A DNA stretch of 64,000 bases from Acidimicrobiales bacterium (GCA_035536185.1 DATLOM010000018.1:7865-71864); one strand, 5' to 3'. Counted from the first letter of the stretch, positions 35,373 to 45,252 are shown. The notes: generated from the letters alone by a model not told the origin. Program-made: numbers and translations.

Positions 35373-36019
35373 TCAGCCGATGATCCGCTGGACGAGTGCG
35401 CCGGCGGCGTCCCTGTCGGGCGCTGAACCAACCACCGCGGCGGCCTGCCGGCGCGCTTCCGCACGCCACTCGTCCACTCCGTACTTCTCAGCCAGAGCGG
35501 CGACCGTGGGCCACCGCTGCGCAGAGCGGCTTCGGCGGCAGTGCGGTGGGCCGCGGCCACGAGCGCGGCGGCCAAGGTCCGTTCGGCCTCCACCCACTCG
35601 CCCTCCTCTTCGGGCAGCAGGTCGCCGCGGGCCAGGGCGATCGCCGCTTGGGCCGCCGTACGGGCCGCGGCCAGCCGCCCTTCTTTCAACGCACCGGCGG
35701 CTTGTTCGGTCCGAGCGGTCAGCTCGTCGAGATCGAGCCAGTCGGCCCTCAGCGCGTAGCCGGCGTCGGTTCGCGGAAGGCGGTCCTGGCCGAGCACGCC
35801 CCGGAGCCGGGATACGAGAACTCCGAGCTGCTCGGCCGGCCTCGCTGGTTGCTCGCCAGCCCAGACGATCTCGGCCAGCCGGTCGACCGGGACCGGCCGA
35901 CCCCTGCCCAACGCCAGCGCCTTCAGCACGGTTCGACCCTTGCGGCTCCCCAGCTCTCGCTCGTCGAACCCCTCGACCACGAGGCCCCCGAGCAAGCGCA
36001 CGCGCAGTGGGTCTCCCAC
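35373..36019 (-). pseudogene. SARP/AfsR-type regulator (OmpR-like wHTH plus BTAD) with an apparent 1-nt frameshift
   Basis: The N-terminus reads LRVRLLGGLVVEGFDERELGSRKGRTVLKALALGRGRPVPVDRLAEIVW...GYALRADWLDLDEL, then the BTAD helices. After ...AAEAALRSG (about 35508-35520) the sensible continuation WPTVAALAEKYGVDEWRAEARRQAAAVVGSAPDRDAAGALVQRIIG-stop is in another frame and ends at 35373. The original frame would run 385 bp antisense into the methyltransferase gene. Confidence 0.6.
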
Positions 36020-36048
36020 CGGCCAAAGCTACGACTGAGGCGCTCCTG

Positions 36049-36330
36049 TCAGCGGACCACCTCCAGCTGTGGGCGGACGGTGGCGCCGGCGCTGCGACCG
36101 ACCTCCGGCAGGGATGCCGGGGGCACGACCGGCTCGCGTCGCCAGCTCCAGGTCCGCGTGCCGGCGAACATCGCCGTCGCCCAGCCATCGGCCTCCTCGG
36201 CCGAGGCGAAGGGGCCCACCATCCCCTGATATGCGCCGGCCTTGGTCAGCACCAGGACCCATTCGGCGGCAACCGGCTGCTCGCCCACCATGCCGTTCGT
36301 GCTCGTCGCCATGCCCGGAAGGTACGCCAC
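36049..36330 (-). CDS. Small hypothetical protein
   Basis: Reads ...MATSTNGMVGEQPVAAEWVLVLTKAGAYQGMVGPFASAEEADGWATAMFAGTRTWSWRREPVVPP. Decent GC3. Divergent from the addB-like gene. No family recognised. Confidence 0.4.
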   Translation of the reverse strand: MAYLPGMATSTNGMVGEQPVAAEWVLVLTKAGAYQGMVGPFASAEEADGWATAMFAGTRTWSWRREPVVPPASLPEVGRSAGATVRPQLEVVR

Positions 36331-36391
36331 CGCTGTGACAGAAACGGGGATTCCGCCTTCCTGTCACAGCCCTCCTGTACAACTGCCTGTG

Positions 36392-39300
36392 ATGCCTTTG
36401 GTCACAAGCGCCCCCGCTGGGCCCGCCGCCCGCACCGCTCTCCGCGAGCGGATCGGCGCAGCCAAGGCCGGCGACCCCTTGGCACCGGTCACCGTCGCCG
36501 TTCCCTCGCCCTACGCCGGCCTGTCCCTGCGCCGCCATCTTGGCTCGCAGCCCGGGGGCCTGGTGAACGTCGCCTTCATCCCACTGGCCCGGGTCGCCGA
36601 GCTGCTGGGCGCCCCCTCACTGGCCGCCGCCCGCCGTCGCCCGCTCGCCGCCGCCGTCCGGCGGGAGGCCCTTCGGGTCCTGCTCGGCGAGAGCGCCGGC
36701 TTGTTCGGCCCGATCGCCGGCCATGCCACCACCATCCGGGCCCTCGACCGCACGCTGGTAGAGCTCCGGGCCTGTTCAGCGGAGTCCCTGGAGCGCCTCG
36801 CGCAAGCCGGCCCCCGCGCCGCTGAGGTCGTCGACCTCCACCGCTCACTGCGGGCCCGGCTCGAAGCCGGCTGGTACGACGAGCACGATCTCGCGGCCGC
36901 CGCCGCCCGCGCCATCCGCGACGGCAGCCCGGTCCTCGCCGATCTCGGCCATGTCATCGTCTTCTGCCCCCGCCGCCTCGCTCCGTCCGCCACCGGCCTC
37001 CTCGATGCCCTCGGCGACTCCGCTACCGTCATCGAGGCCGGCCACGAAGCCGCGCCGCCGGTCGGCAGCGCCATCGTGGGCTGCGCCGATCCCGACGAGG
37101 AGGTGCGGGCCGCAGTGCGTGGGGTGGCGGACCGCCTCGCCCGGCCCGAGCCCACGCCCCTTCACCGCATGGCGATCCTCTACCCGTCCGGTGGCCCATA
37201 CGCCACCATCGCCCACCAGCAGCTGGCCGCCGCCGGCATCCCCCACAACGGGCCGGCCGGCCGCACCCTCGCCCTCACCGTCGCCGGCCGGGCCCTTCTC
37301 GGGCTGCTCGACCTCGGTGCCGGCGAAGTCGGCCGGAACGAACTCGCCACGTGGTTGGCGTCGGCGCCCATCCTCGAGCGAGCCGATGGCCCAGAGCTGG
37401 CGCCCGGCGCGCGCTGGGACACCCTTTCCCGGCGCGCTGGTGTGGTAGCCGGCGCGGGCCACTGGAAGGAGCGGCTCGACAGCCTGGTGGCCGACCTTCA
37501 CCAGCAAGCCGACCTCTCGCACCGCCTCGAGGCGGAAAGCGGCGAAGACGATCCCAAGGCCGAGCAACGGCGGCAGCGCCTCGAGCGGGACATCGCATCG
37601 GTGGAACGGCTCCACCTGTTCGTGGAGGAGCTCCACGCCGCCATCGACCCTGGCCGGCGCACCACCTGGGCCGCCATGTCGACCTGGGCCGCGGGCCTGC
37701 TCGACCGCTATCTCGGCGGCCCGCTCCATCATCGTCACTGGCCGGAGGAGGAGCAGGAGGCGTGGCAAGACGTCCACCTGGTACTCGACAGCCTCGCCAA
37801 TCTCGACGCCATGGGAGGCGCCGTCGATCTGGCGGCCTTCCGCCACGCGGTGGCGTTGGAGCTGGAGGTGCAGGCAGAACGCGAAGGCACCTTCGGTGAC
37901 GGGGTCTTCGTGGGACCGGTGGGTGCCGCCTGGGCCACAGACTTCGACACTGTCTTCCTCCTCGGTCTCGCCGAAGGCAGCCTCCCCCGGCTGGGCCGCC
38001 AGGACGCCCTCCTGCCCGACGCCGAGCGGGCCATGGCCGGCGAGCTGGCCCGGCGGGCCGAGCGCCAGAGCGACGAGCACGCTGAGTACCTCGCGGCGCT
38101 GGCCAGTGCGCCCGAACGGCTCCTTCTCTGGCCGAGAACCGATCTGCGGGACGGGCGGCAGCGCCTGCCTTCGCGCTGGCTGCTCCACACGGCTTCTCAC
38201 CTGGCCGGGTGGCCCATCTTCAGCAGTGACCTGGCCGCCCTCGCCGGGGGTGGTGGCGGCGGGGGTGGCGAGGCCGTGCACGACGTGGCGTCGTTCGAGG
38301 CCGGCATGGGCCACGGCCGCGAGCCGGGCTCCCTGCTGGACCACGACCTGGCCAGCCTGCTCGAGTGGAGAGCGGCCGGCGGCGAGGCCACGCGCCACCA
38401 TCTCGTCGCTGCCAACCCGGCACTGGCCGCCGGTATGGCCGCCACGGCCGGGCGCGAAAGCGCCGAGCTCACCCGCTTCGACGGCAATGTGCCCGCCGGC
38501 GCCACCGACGCCCTCGCTGCCGGCGCAGTGCTGTCGGCCACCAGCCTGCAGACCTACGCCCAGTGCCCACTGAGGTACTTCCTCACCAAGCAACTGGGCC
38601 TGGCCGCGGAGGAGAAGCCCGAGGACCTGGTGACCATCGGGGCAATGCAGAGAGGCACCCTGGTGCACGCCATCCTCGAGGACTACGTGGTGTCGCTGCT
38701 GGAGGGCCAGCCCCGGTCGCTGGATCGCCTGCTGGAGATGGCCGAGTCCCGCTTCGCCGAGGCCGAGTCCCGGGGGCTCACCGGCCGGCCGGTTCTGTGG
38801 CGCTACGAGCGCCAGAAGATGGTGCGCGAGCTCGAGCGCATCCATGTGCTCGATGTGGACATGACGCCGCTGGCGGCAGAGCTCCCCTTCGGTGACCACG
38901 GCCACGAGCCGGTCACCCTCACCCTCCCCGACGGCCGCACGATCGGCTTCCGGGGCAGGGCCGACCGCGTCGACCGGGACAAGACCGGCGCCCTGGTGGT
39001 CACCGACTACAAGACCGGGGGCTCGGAGGGGTACAAGGCCATGGAGACAGATCCCGTCGACCGGGGCACGAAGCTCCAGTTGCCGCTCTACGCCATGGCC
39101 GCCCGTCAGCGGTTCCCCGAGGTGGGCGCGGGCCAGCCCCTGCGCTCCCGCTACTGGATCATCTCAGAGAAGGGCGGCTTCAAGGAGTTCCCCATCGAGC
39201 TGACCGACAGGGTGACGGAGCGTTTCCGCCAGGTGCTCGGGGTGATCGTCGACGGCATCACCGCCGGCAACTTCCCCGCCCGCCCCGGAAAGCCGGGGTG

Positions 39301-39460
39301 GAAGACGCCCGAGAACTGCCGGTGGTGCGACATGGGTTCGCTCTGCCAGCAGGACCGGGAGAGGCAGTGGGAGCGCAAGAAGAACCAGCCCGGCCTTGCC
39401 GCCTACGTGGAGATGGCCGAGGGAGAAACGGCGAGCGGAGGAGACGCGGCCGGTGGCTGA
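36392..39460 (+). CDS. AddB-like helicase-nuclease subunit (PD-(D/E)XK nuclease with Fe-S Cys motif, no Walker A)
   Basis: The C-terminal nuclease block is GRADRVDRDKTGALVVTDYKTGG...LQLPLYAMAA. Cysteines are arranged YAQCPLRYF ... CRWCDMGSLC (1+3 pattern). No GxGKT motif is seen in the N-terminal region. Start at ATG 36392 (MPLVTSAP). Confidence 0.8.
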   Translation: MPLVTSAPAGPAARTALRERIGAAKAGDPLAPVTVAVPSPYAGLSLRRHLGSQPGGLVNVAFIPLARVAELLGAPSLAAARRRPLAAAVRREALRVLLGESAGLFGPIAGHATTIRALDRTLVELRACSAESLERLAQAGPRAAEVVDLHRSLRARLEAGWYDEHDLAAAAARAIRDGSPVLADLGHVIVFCPRRLAPSATGLLDALGDSATVIEAGHEAAPPVGSAIVGCADPDEEVRAAVRGVADRLARPEPTPLHRMAILYPSGGPYATIAHQQLAAAGIPHNGPAGRTLALTVAGRALLGLLDLGAGEVGRNELATWLASAPILERADGPELAPGARWDTLSRRAGVVAGAGHWKERLDSLVADLHQQADLSHRLEAESGEDDPKAEQRRQRLERDIASVERLHLFVEELHAAIDPGRRTTWAAMSTWAAGLLDRYLGGPLHHRHWPEEEQEAWQDVHLVLDSLANLDAMGGAVDLAAFRHAVALELEVQAEREGTFGDGVFVGPVGAAWATDFDTVFLLGLAEGSLPRLGRQDALLPDAERAMAGELARRAERQSDEHAEYLAALASAPERLLLWPRTDLRDGRQRLPSRWLLHTASHLAGWPIFSSDLAALAGGGGGGGGEAVHDVASFEAGMGHGREPGSLLDHDLASLLEWRAAGGEATRHHLVAANPALAAGMAATAGRESAELTRFDGNVPAGATDALAAGAVLSATSLQTYAQCPLRYFLTKQLGLAAEEKPEDLVTIGAMQRGTLVHAILEDYVVSLLEGQPRSLDRLLEMAESRFAEAESRGLTGRPVLWRYERQKMVRELERIHVLDVDMTPLAAELPFGDHGHEPVTLTLPDGRTIGFRGRADRVDRDKTGALVVTDYKTGGSEGYKAMETDPVDRGTKLQLPLYAMAARQRFPEVGAGQPLRSRYWIISEKGGFKEFPIELTDRVTERFRQVLGVIVDGITAGNFPARPGKPGWKTPENCRWCDMGSLCQQDRERQWERKKNQPGLAAYVEMAEGETASGGDAAGG

Positions 39461-42400
39461 CGAGGCGGTACGGGAAGCCGTCCTGGAGCGCCTCGGCGAG
39501 ACCCTCTTCGTGGAGGCGGGGGCGGGCACGGGCAAGACCACGGCACTGGTGGGCCGGATCGTGGAGCTGGCCCGACGGAACCCGTCGGTCATGCCCCATG
39601 TCGCGGCCATCACCTTCACCGAGGCTGCCGCGGCCGAGCTGCGTGACCGTATCCGGGCCCGGCTGGAGGCGGCGGCGACCACCGAGCCGGCGCTCAGGAA
39701 GGCGGTCGACGAGCTCGACGAGGCGGCCATCTGCACCCTGCACGCCTTCGCCCTGCGCATACTGACCGAACACCCGGTGGAGGCGGGGCTGCCTCCGGGC
39801 GTCGAGGTTCTCGACGAGACCCGCTCGGCTTTGGCCTTCGAGGAACGTTGGCGTCGCCTGCTCGACCAGCTGCTCGACCACCCCGAGTGCAGCGAGATCG
39901 TTCTGCGGGGGCTGGCCGCCGGCCTCAACCTCGACTCGGTAAAGGAGATGGCCCGGATCTTCCATCAGCACTGGGACCGGCTGGAGGCCGCTCCCGTCGA
40001 TCCGCCGGCGCTGGTTGCCGTCGATCCCACTCCCGTCATCGTCGCCGTCCGCGCCGCCTGTGGGTGGCTGGGCGGCGGCCGCTGCACCGACGAGACGGAC
40101 GGCCTCTGGGGCTGGCTCTCCGGCCTGCCGGCCTGGGCCGAGGCGCTGCAGCGCAGCGAGAGTGAGCTCGGCACTCTCCATCTCCTGGCCAATCCACCGG
40201 ATCCCCTCAAAGCCCCCAAGGGCGCCAACCCGGCATGGAACGGCGGGATCGAAGCGGTCCGAGAGGCGGCGGCGGCGGTTTCGGCCGCCCGCACCGGGTT
40301 GCTGGTGGCGGTACGGGAGAACGTGCTCCTCCACCTGGTAGCCGCCGTGCAGCGCTTCACCCTGGATGAGGTGCAGCGCAGGCAGGCTGACGGGCGCCTC
40401 GACTTCCACGACCTGCTGGTGCTCGCCCGCGACGTCGTGCGGGATCAGCCCTCGGTGCGGGCATCGCTGCGCGACCGCTTCTCCCACGTGCTCATCGACG
40501 AGTTCCAGGACACCGACCCGCTTCAGGTGGAGCTGGCCACGCTGCTGGGTGCCGGCGGGGGCGCCGGCGACCGACTGGAGGACGGCCGGCTGTTCTTCGT
40601 GGGCGACGCCATGCAGTCGATCTACCGCTTCCGCCGGGCCGACATCAGGCTCTTCGCCCAGGTCCGTGAGCTGGTGGAGAACCCCCTGTCCCTCACCGAC
40701 AACTGGCGGTCGGTACCGGGGATCCTCGAGTGGGTCAACACGCTCTTCTTCGAGAAGGTCGGCACCGGCATTCCCGACGTGCAGCCCGCCTACCAGGCGC
40801 TGGTCGCCTCCCGCCCGGCGCTCACGGACGAGCTACCGGTGGTGGTGCTGGGCCAAGGCCACGATGCTCCCGTGGGCGCGGTCCGGGAGGTCGAGGCGGC
40901 AGAGGTGGCCGCCACCATCACCAGGATCCGAGCCGAAGGCTGGGCCATCGGCTCCGGCACCGGGCAGGCTCGGCTCCGGGACATCGCCGTGCTGCTCCCC
41001 ACCCGCACGTCGCTGCCCCACCTGGAGACGGCCCTCGACGAGGCCGGCGTCCCCTACCGGATCGACAGCGCGTCGCTGGTCTGGGGCACCCAGGCCGTGC
41101 GCGACCTGCTGAACGCGCTGCGGGCCATCGACGATCCCACCGACGAGATCGCCCTCGTGGCCGCCCTGCGCTCGCCGCTGTTCGGCTGTGGCGACGACGA
41201 CCTGCTGGCCTACCACCAGGCCGGAGGAGCCTGGGACCTGCGCCACCCAGGCGATTCGCCCGGGCTCACCGACCTCGGCGCCGGCCACCCGGTGCTCGCC
41301 GGTCTCGACGAGCTGCGCCGGCTCCACGACCAGCGGTGGTGGGTGGGCGTATCGGCCATGGTCGAGCAGGTGATGCGCGAGCTGCGGTGCTTCGAGCTGG
41401 CCTTCGCCCACAAGCGCCCACGCGACCACTGGCGGCGCCTGCGCTGGGTGCTCGAGCAGGCCAGGGCGTTCGAAGCGGGCGAGGGTGGCACGCTGCGGAA
41501 CTTCGTCGACTGGGCCGCTCTGCAGGGAGAGGACGAGATCAGGGTGCGCGAGGCGGCGCTGCCGGAGTCGGACGACGACGCCGTGCGCATCCTCACGGTC
41601 CACGGTGCCAAGGGCCTCGAGTTCCCCGTGGTGGTGCTGAGCGGGCTCAACGCCCAGATCCAGTACGGCCTGAAGCGACCGGCCCAGGCCCTCTGGGACG
41701 AGAACGGGCGGGTGGAGGTCCGCACCTGGAACGACTTCCGGACCTCCGGGTACGCCGCTCTCGAACAGGTGGAGCGGGAGCTGGACGAACAGGAGCGTTT
41801 GCGACTCCTCTATGTCGCCGCCACCCGGGCCGAGGACCACCTGGTCGTCAGCGTCCACCACCCCGACAAGGGCGCCGACACCCAGGCCAGGCAGCTCTTC
41901 GCCTTCTGCGAGGCCCACCCCCACCTGTGGCGCCGGCTGGAGGAAGCCGCTCCCCCGGCGGCGGACCTGGCCCCGCCGGCGCCGCCCGCCGATCCCGAGG
42001 CAGGGCGGCGCCGAGCCGCCTGGCTGACGGCGCGCCAAGCGCGCATCGACCGCCATCGCCGTGCCCCGGTGCGGGCGGCTACCTCCATCGCCGAGACGGG
42101 CCACAGCCACGGGGCGGTCCACGGCGGCGTTGGCAGAGGCGGCTCCGGCCTCCTTGCCGGCCGCCCAGGCGAGGCCGTCGACGAAGGTGTTGTCATCGGC
42201 GACACCGTCGATACGAGGCTCGTGGCGGCCAGTACTCGGCGGGGCCGCCCCGATGGCACCTCCATCGGCCGCGCCGTGCACGCCACCCTCCAGTCGGTCG
42301 ACCTCGCCACCGGTGCGGGGCTGTCCGACATAGCCGCGGCCCAGGCCGCGGCCGAAGGAGTGGCCTCCGCCGCCGCCGGCATCGCGGCCATGGCCCGAGC

Positions 42401-42776
42401 CGCTCTCGAAAGCAGCACCGTGCAGGAAGCGGCCGCCCACCGGAACTGGCGGGAGCTGTACGTCGCCGCACCAATCGGATCGATCACCCTCGAGGGCTTC
42501 GTCGACCTGCTCTACGAGACCTCCGACGGGCTGGTGGTGGTCGACTACAAGACCGACGCCGTCACCACCGAAGCGGAGATGGCCGGCGCCGTCGCCCGCC
42601 ACCGCCTCCAGGGAGCGGCCTACGCGGTGGCGCTCGAGGAAGCGCTGGGCCGACCGGTCAAGGCGTGCCGCTTCGTGTTCGTGTGCGGTGGCGTGGCCCG
42701 GGAGCGGGAGATCGAAGACCTGCTGGCGGCCATGGCCGAGGTCCGCGCCATCCTCGCCGCCGAGCAGGTGGCCTAG
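39453..42776 (+). CDS. UvrD/AddA-type ATP-dependent helicase with a C-terminal RecB-family nuclease
   Basis: Has Walker A VEAGAGTGKTTALVGRI, plus ITFTEAAAAELRDRI, VLIDEFQDTDPLQ, VGDAMQSIYRFRRAD and TVHGAKGLEFPVVVL. The nuclease block is GFVDLLYETSDGLVVVDYKTD. The GTG start overlaps the upstream stop. Confidence 0.88.
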   Translation: MADEAVREAVLERLGETLFVEAGAGTGKTTALVGRIVELARRNPSVMPHVAAITFTEAAAAELRDRIRARLEAAATTEPALRKAVDELDEAAICTLHAFALRILTEHPVEAGLPPGVEVLDETRSALAFEERWRRLLDQLLDHPECSEIVLRGLAAGLNLDSVKEMARIFHQHWDRLEAAPVDPPALVAVDPTPVIVAVRAACGWLGGGRCTDETDGLWGWLSGLPAWAEALQRSESELGTLHLLANPPDPLKAPKGANPAWNGGIEAVREAAAAVSAARTGLLVAVRENVLLHLVAAVQRFTLDEVQRRQADGRLDFHDLLVLARDVVRDQPSVRASLRDRFSHVLIDEFQDTDPLQVELATLLGAGGGAGDRLEDGRLFFVGDAMQSIYRFRRADIRLFAQVRELVENPLSLTDNWRSVPGILEWVNTLFFEKVGTGIPDVQPAYQALVASRPALTDELPVVVLGQGHDAPVGAVREVEAAEVAATITRIRAEGWAIGSGTGQARLRDIAVLLPTRTSLPHLETALDEAGVPYRIDSASLVWGTQAVRDLLNALRAIDDPTDEIALVAALRSPLFGCGDDDLLAYHQAGGAWDLRHPGDSPGLTDLGAGHPVLAGLDELRRLHDQRWWVGVSAMVEQVMRELRCFELAFAHKRPRDHWRRLRWVLEQARAFEAGEGGTLRNFVDWAALQGEDEIRVREAALPESDDDAVRILTVHGAKGLEFPVVVLSGLNAQIQYGLKRPAQALWDENGRVEVRTWNDFRTSGYAALEQVERELDEQERLRLLYVAATRAEDHLVVSVHHPDKGADTQARQLFAFCEAHPHLWRRLEEAAPPAADLAPPAPPADPEAGRRRAAWLTARQARIDRHRRAPVRAATSIAETGHSHGAVHGGVGRGGSGLLAGRPGEAVDEGVVIGDTVDTRLVAASTRRGRPDGTSIGRAVHATLQSVDLATGAGLSDIAAAQAAAEGVASAAAGIAAMARAALESSTVQEAAAHRNWRELYVAAPIGSITLEGFVDLLYETSDGLVVVDYKTDAVTTEAEMAGAVARHRLQGAAYAVALEEALGRPVKACRFVFVCGGVAREREIEDLLAAMAEVRAILAAEQVA

Positions 42777-43924
42777 TGCACCGTCGCCGCCGCGTCCGCC
42801 ACCGCATCCGCCGGACGGTCACCCCCGTATCTCTTGGCCGCCGCAGTCACGTTCACGGCCACGGCGGTCACCGGCACGGCCATGAAGCTGCCGGGCAGGC
42901 CGAACAGCGCGCCGCCGGTCATGATCGCCAGCAGGACCACCACGGGATGGAGGTTGAGGGCCCGGCCGTAGACGACGGGCGCCAGCAGGTCGTTGTCGAA
43001 CTGCTGGAGCAGCACGGCCACGATCAGGATCACGACGGCGCCGTCGAACCCGGCGGTGGCGAGAGCCACGAGCACGGCGATGCCGCCAGCCACGATGGCC
43101 CCCACGAAGGGCACGAAGGCGGCCAGGAACGTCAGCAGGGCGACGGGCAGCGCCAGCTTCGCCCCCACCACCGTCAGGGCCACGCCGATGGCGATGCCCT
43201 CCACCAGGCCCAGCAGGGCCGCCCCCCGCAGGTAGCCGCCGAGCGTCGTCCACGCCTGCCGGGCGAGGACATCGGCCATCTCCCGCCGCGGGGCCGGCAC
43301 CAGGCCGCGCGCCCAACCGAGGAACCGGTCGCCGTCCTTCAGGGCGAAGAAGGTGACGATGATCCCCAGGAACACGCCGATGATGGCCTCCACCACGAGG
43401 ATGGCTCCCGACACCACGGCGCCGCCCGACGACTCCAGCGCTGTGCGGGCCCTGTCACCGAGGTCCTCCCGTATTCGAGCTATGTCGGCGCGGTTGACGT
43501 CGAAGGGGCTGTCCTCCACCAACCACCGCTCGACGTCGTCGACGGCCTTTCCGAGCGTCGGTCCCAGGTCCTGCAGCTCGTCGGCCATCGAGGAGCCGAT
43601 GGCGGCGAAGGCGGCAACCATGACGGCGAGGAAGCCCAGCAGGGCCGTGCCCGCGGCCAGGCTCTTCGGCCACCGCCGTAGGCGCAGCCACGAAACCGGC
43701 ACCGTCAGGACGCGGGAGAAGAGCAGCGCCACGACGAGCGGGATGAGGACGATGCGGACCCGCCCCAGGAGCGAGAGCAGGGCCAAGGCCGCGGCCCCGA
43801 CGACCAGCAGGCGCCAGCTGTAGGCGGCCAGTCGCTCCAGCACCGGATGTACGCCGCCACCGACGGGTGCGGTCGACCCGGCTGCCACCTCCTGCTCGCC
43901 GGCCGCGGGTGGGCTCACGGTCAA
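42773..43924 (-). CDS. AI-2E family transporter (PerM/UPF0118)
   Basis: About eight TM segments. The conserved block is LLTFLAAFVPFVGAIVAGGIAVLVALA...LLQQFDNDLLAPVVYGRALNLHPVVVLLAI. Confidence 0.85.
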   Translation of the reverse strand: MTVSPPAAGEQEVAAGSTAPVGGGVHPVLERLAAYSWRLLVVGAAALALLSLLGRVRIVLIPLVVALLFSRVLTVPVSWLRLRRWPKSLAAGTALLGFLAVMVAAFAAIGSSMADELQDLGPTLGKAVDDVERWLVEDSPFDVNRADIARIREDLGDRARTALESSGGAVVSGAILVVEAIIGVFLGIIVTFFALKDGDRFLGWARGLVPAPRREMADVLARQAWTTLGGYLRGAALLGLVEGIAIGVALTVVGAKLALPVALLTFLAAFVPFVGAIVAGGIAVLVALATAGFDGAVVILIVAVLLQQFDNDLLAPVVYGRALNLHPVVVLLAIMTGGALFGLPGSFMAVPVTAVAVNVTAAAKRYGGDRPADAVADAAATVH

Positions 43925-44003
43925 CGGATCAGGCAGTCACAGTGCGCCACATTGCCGTTCTTCCCGCCAGCCGGCGAACGATGCCAGACCGGATGGCTTG
44001 ATC

Positions 44004-44846
44004 TCAGGGGCGCCGGGCGGTGATCAGCCAGGCCGAGGAACCCAGGAGGACCCCCTCGTCGCTCTGGTGGGCCACCAGTGCCTGGTGCAACTGCTCCAAT
44101 GCAATGGCCTTCGGCTGGTCGTCGAGATCCTGGGTCAGGCCCTCGACTATCCCCTGGGTCGCGAAGAAGGCGAATGCGTCGTCACCATCGGTTCCGAACT
44201 TCAGCGGTTCCTCCACGGCCTGAAGGTTGATCTGGTCGAAGCCGGCCTCGTCGAGGACACGACGCACATGAGCAGGATCAGCCAGGCCGAACGGCCCCGG
44301 TGCCGAAGGCGGCGGCTGGGGCAGCGTCCGGCCGGCTGCCAGCGCGGCCCGGACGACGTTCAGCCACTCGTTGTTCGCCATCTCCTGCCACGCCAGCATC
44401 GCCAGCCGGCCACCGGGCTTCAGGGCCCGGCCGATGTTGGCGAAGGCGGCAAAGGGGTCGGCGAAGAACATCCCACCGAAGCTGCTGATGGCGACGTCGA
44501 AGGCGGCTTCCTCGAAAGGATGGACCTGGGCGTCGGTCTGCTCGAAGCGGACGTTGGTGAGGCCCTCCTCCTCGCTGCGCCGGCGGGCGTACTCGAGCAT
44601 CCTCGACGACAGGTCCACCCCCAGCACCTGTCCCGGCGCCGCCAGCCGGGCGGCCTGCCTCGTCGACTGACCCGTGCCGCAACCGATGTCGAGGACCGAA
44701 TCGCCAGACTTGATCGGCCGGCGCTCGAGGAACACGTCCCACAACCGCTGCCCGGCTGACTCGTAGCGCTCGGCATGCTCGGTCCACACGTCGCCGTCGT
44801 GGCCGTCCCATGCCGCCGCCATCTCCTGGTTGGCGATGGTCATCAT
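44004..44846 (-). CDS. Class I SAM-dependent methyltransferase
   Basis: ATG is preceded by AAGGAGAG. Reads SVLDIGCGTGQSTRQAA, VLGVDLSSRMLEYAR, FDVAISSFGGMFF and LKPGGRLAMLAW. The upstream 63 codons of the track ORF were rejected. Confidence 0.85.
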   Translation of the reverse strand: MMTIANQEMAAAWDGHDGDVWTEHAERYESAGQRLWDVFLERRPIKSGDSVLDIGCGTGQSTRQAARLAAPGQVLGVDLSSRMLEYARRRSEEEGLTNVRFEQTDAQVHPFEEAAFDVAISSFGGMFFADPFAAFANIGRALKPGGRLAMLAWQEMANNEWLNVVRAALAAGRTLPQPPPSAPGPFGLADPAHVRRVLDEAGFDQINLQAVEEPLKFGTDGDDAFAFFATQGIVEGLTQDLDDQPKAIALEQLHQALVAHQSDEGVLLGSSAWLITARRP

Positions 44847-45054
44847 GCTCTCCTTGCTCAGCGCATCCCCTGGCTCATCCTGACCGGCCAGTTCTAGACG
44901 ACGACGTGGGCGGGCCGAGTGGGCGGAGGCGGTGGTGGAGCAATGGCCCGACGAGTGCGACGCGTACCTCAGAGGCGCAGCGGAGAGGCGCCGCCGGACC
45001 ACGAGCAGCTCACTACCTTCGGACGGAGCCGGCACCGGGTTCTAGGCTCCGGGT

Positions 45055-45252
45055 GTGCCGGGCCAGATCATCGACGGCGAACGCTGGATCGCCGAGCGCC
45101 TCCGCTTCCTCCGGGCACGCCTGGACGAGGAGCTCTCGGAGGACGAGCGTCGCGCCGTCGAGGAAGAGGTGAACCTCCTGGCCCAGGAGCGAGGATTGCG
45201 GGCCGATGGCCGGCGCGGCTCGAGGATCCTGCGGAGACTGCGGCGGAGGTAA
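45055..45252 (+). CDS. Small hypothetical helical protein (65 aa)
   Basis: Reads MPGQIIDGERWIAERLRFLRARLDEELSEDERRAVEEEVNLLAQERGL... High GC3. No family recognised. Confidence 0.4.
   Translation: MPGQIIDGERWIAERLRFLRARLDEELSEDERRAVEEEVNLLAQERGLRADGRRGSRILRRLRRR

Noticed and set aside
35380-36825. 481-aa plus-strand ORF and other long ORFs (35373-36188 upstream part, 35396-36229)
   Set aside because: They are antisense or out of frame relative to the SARP regulator and the addB-like gene. They are Arg/Pro-rich with no motifs. Only the last ~45 codons of 35373-36188 were used, as the regulator C-terminus.
36845-38905. 686-aa ORF on the minus strand
   Set aside because: It is antisense to the addB-like gene, which carries the nuclease and Fe-S motifs. 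It has a typical shadow-ORF composition.
40730-43681. 983-aa ORF on the plus strand
   Set aside because: It is out of frame with the motif-rich addA-like gene and antisense to the AI-2E transporter. It has extreme Arg/Gly/Pro content and no recognisable domain.
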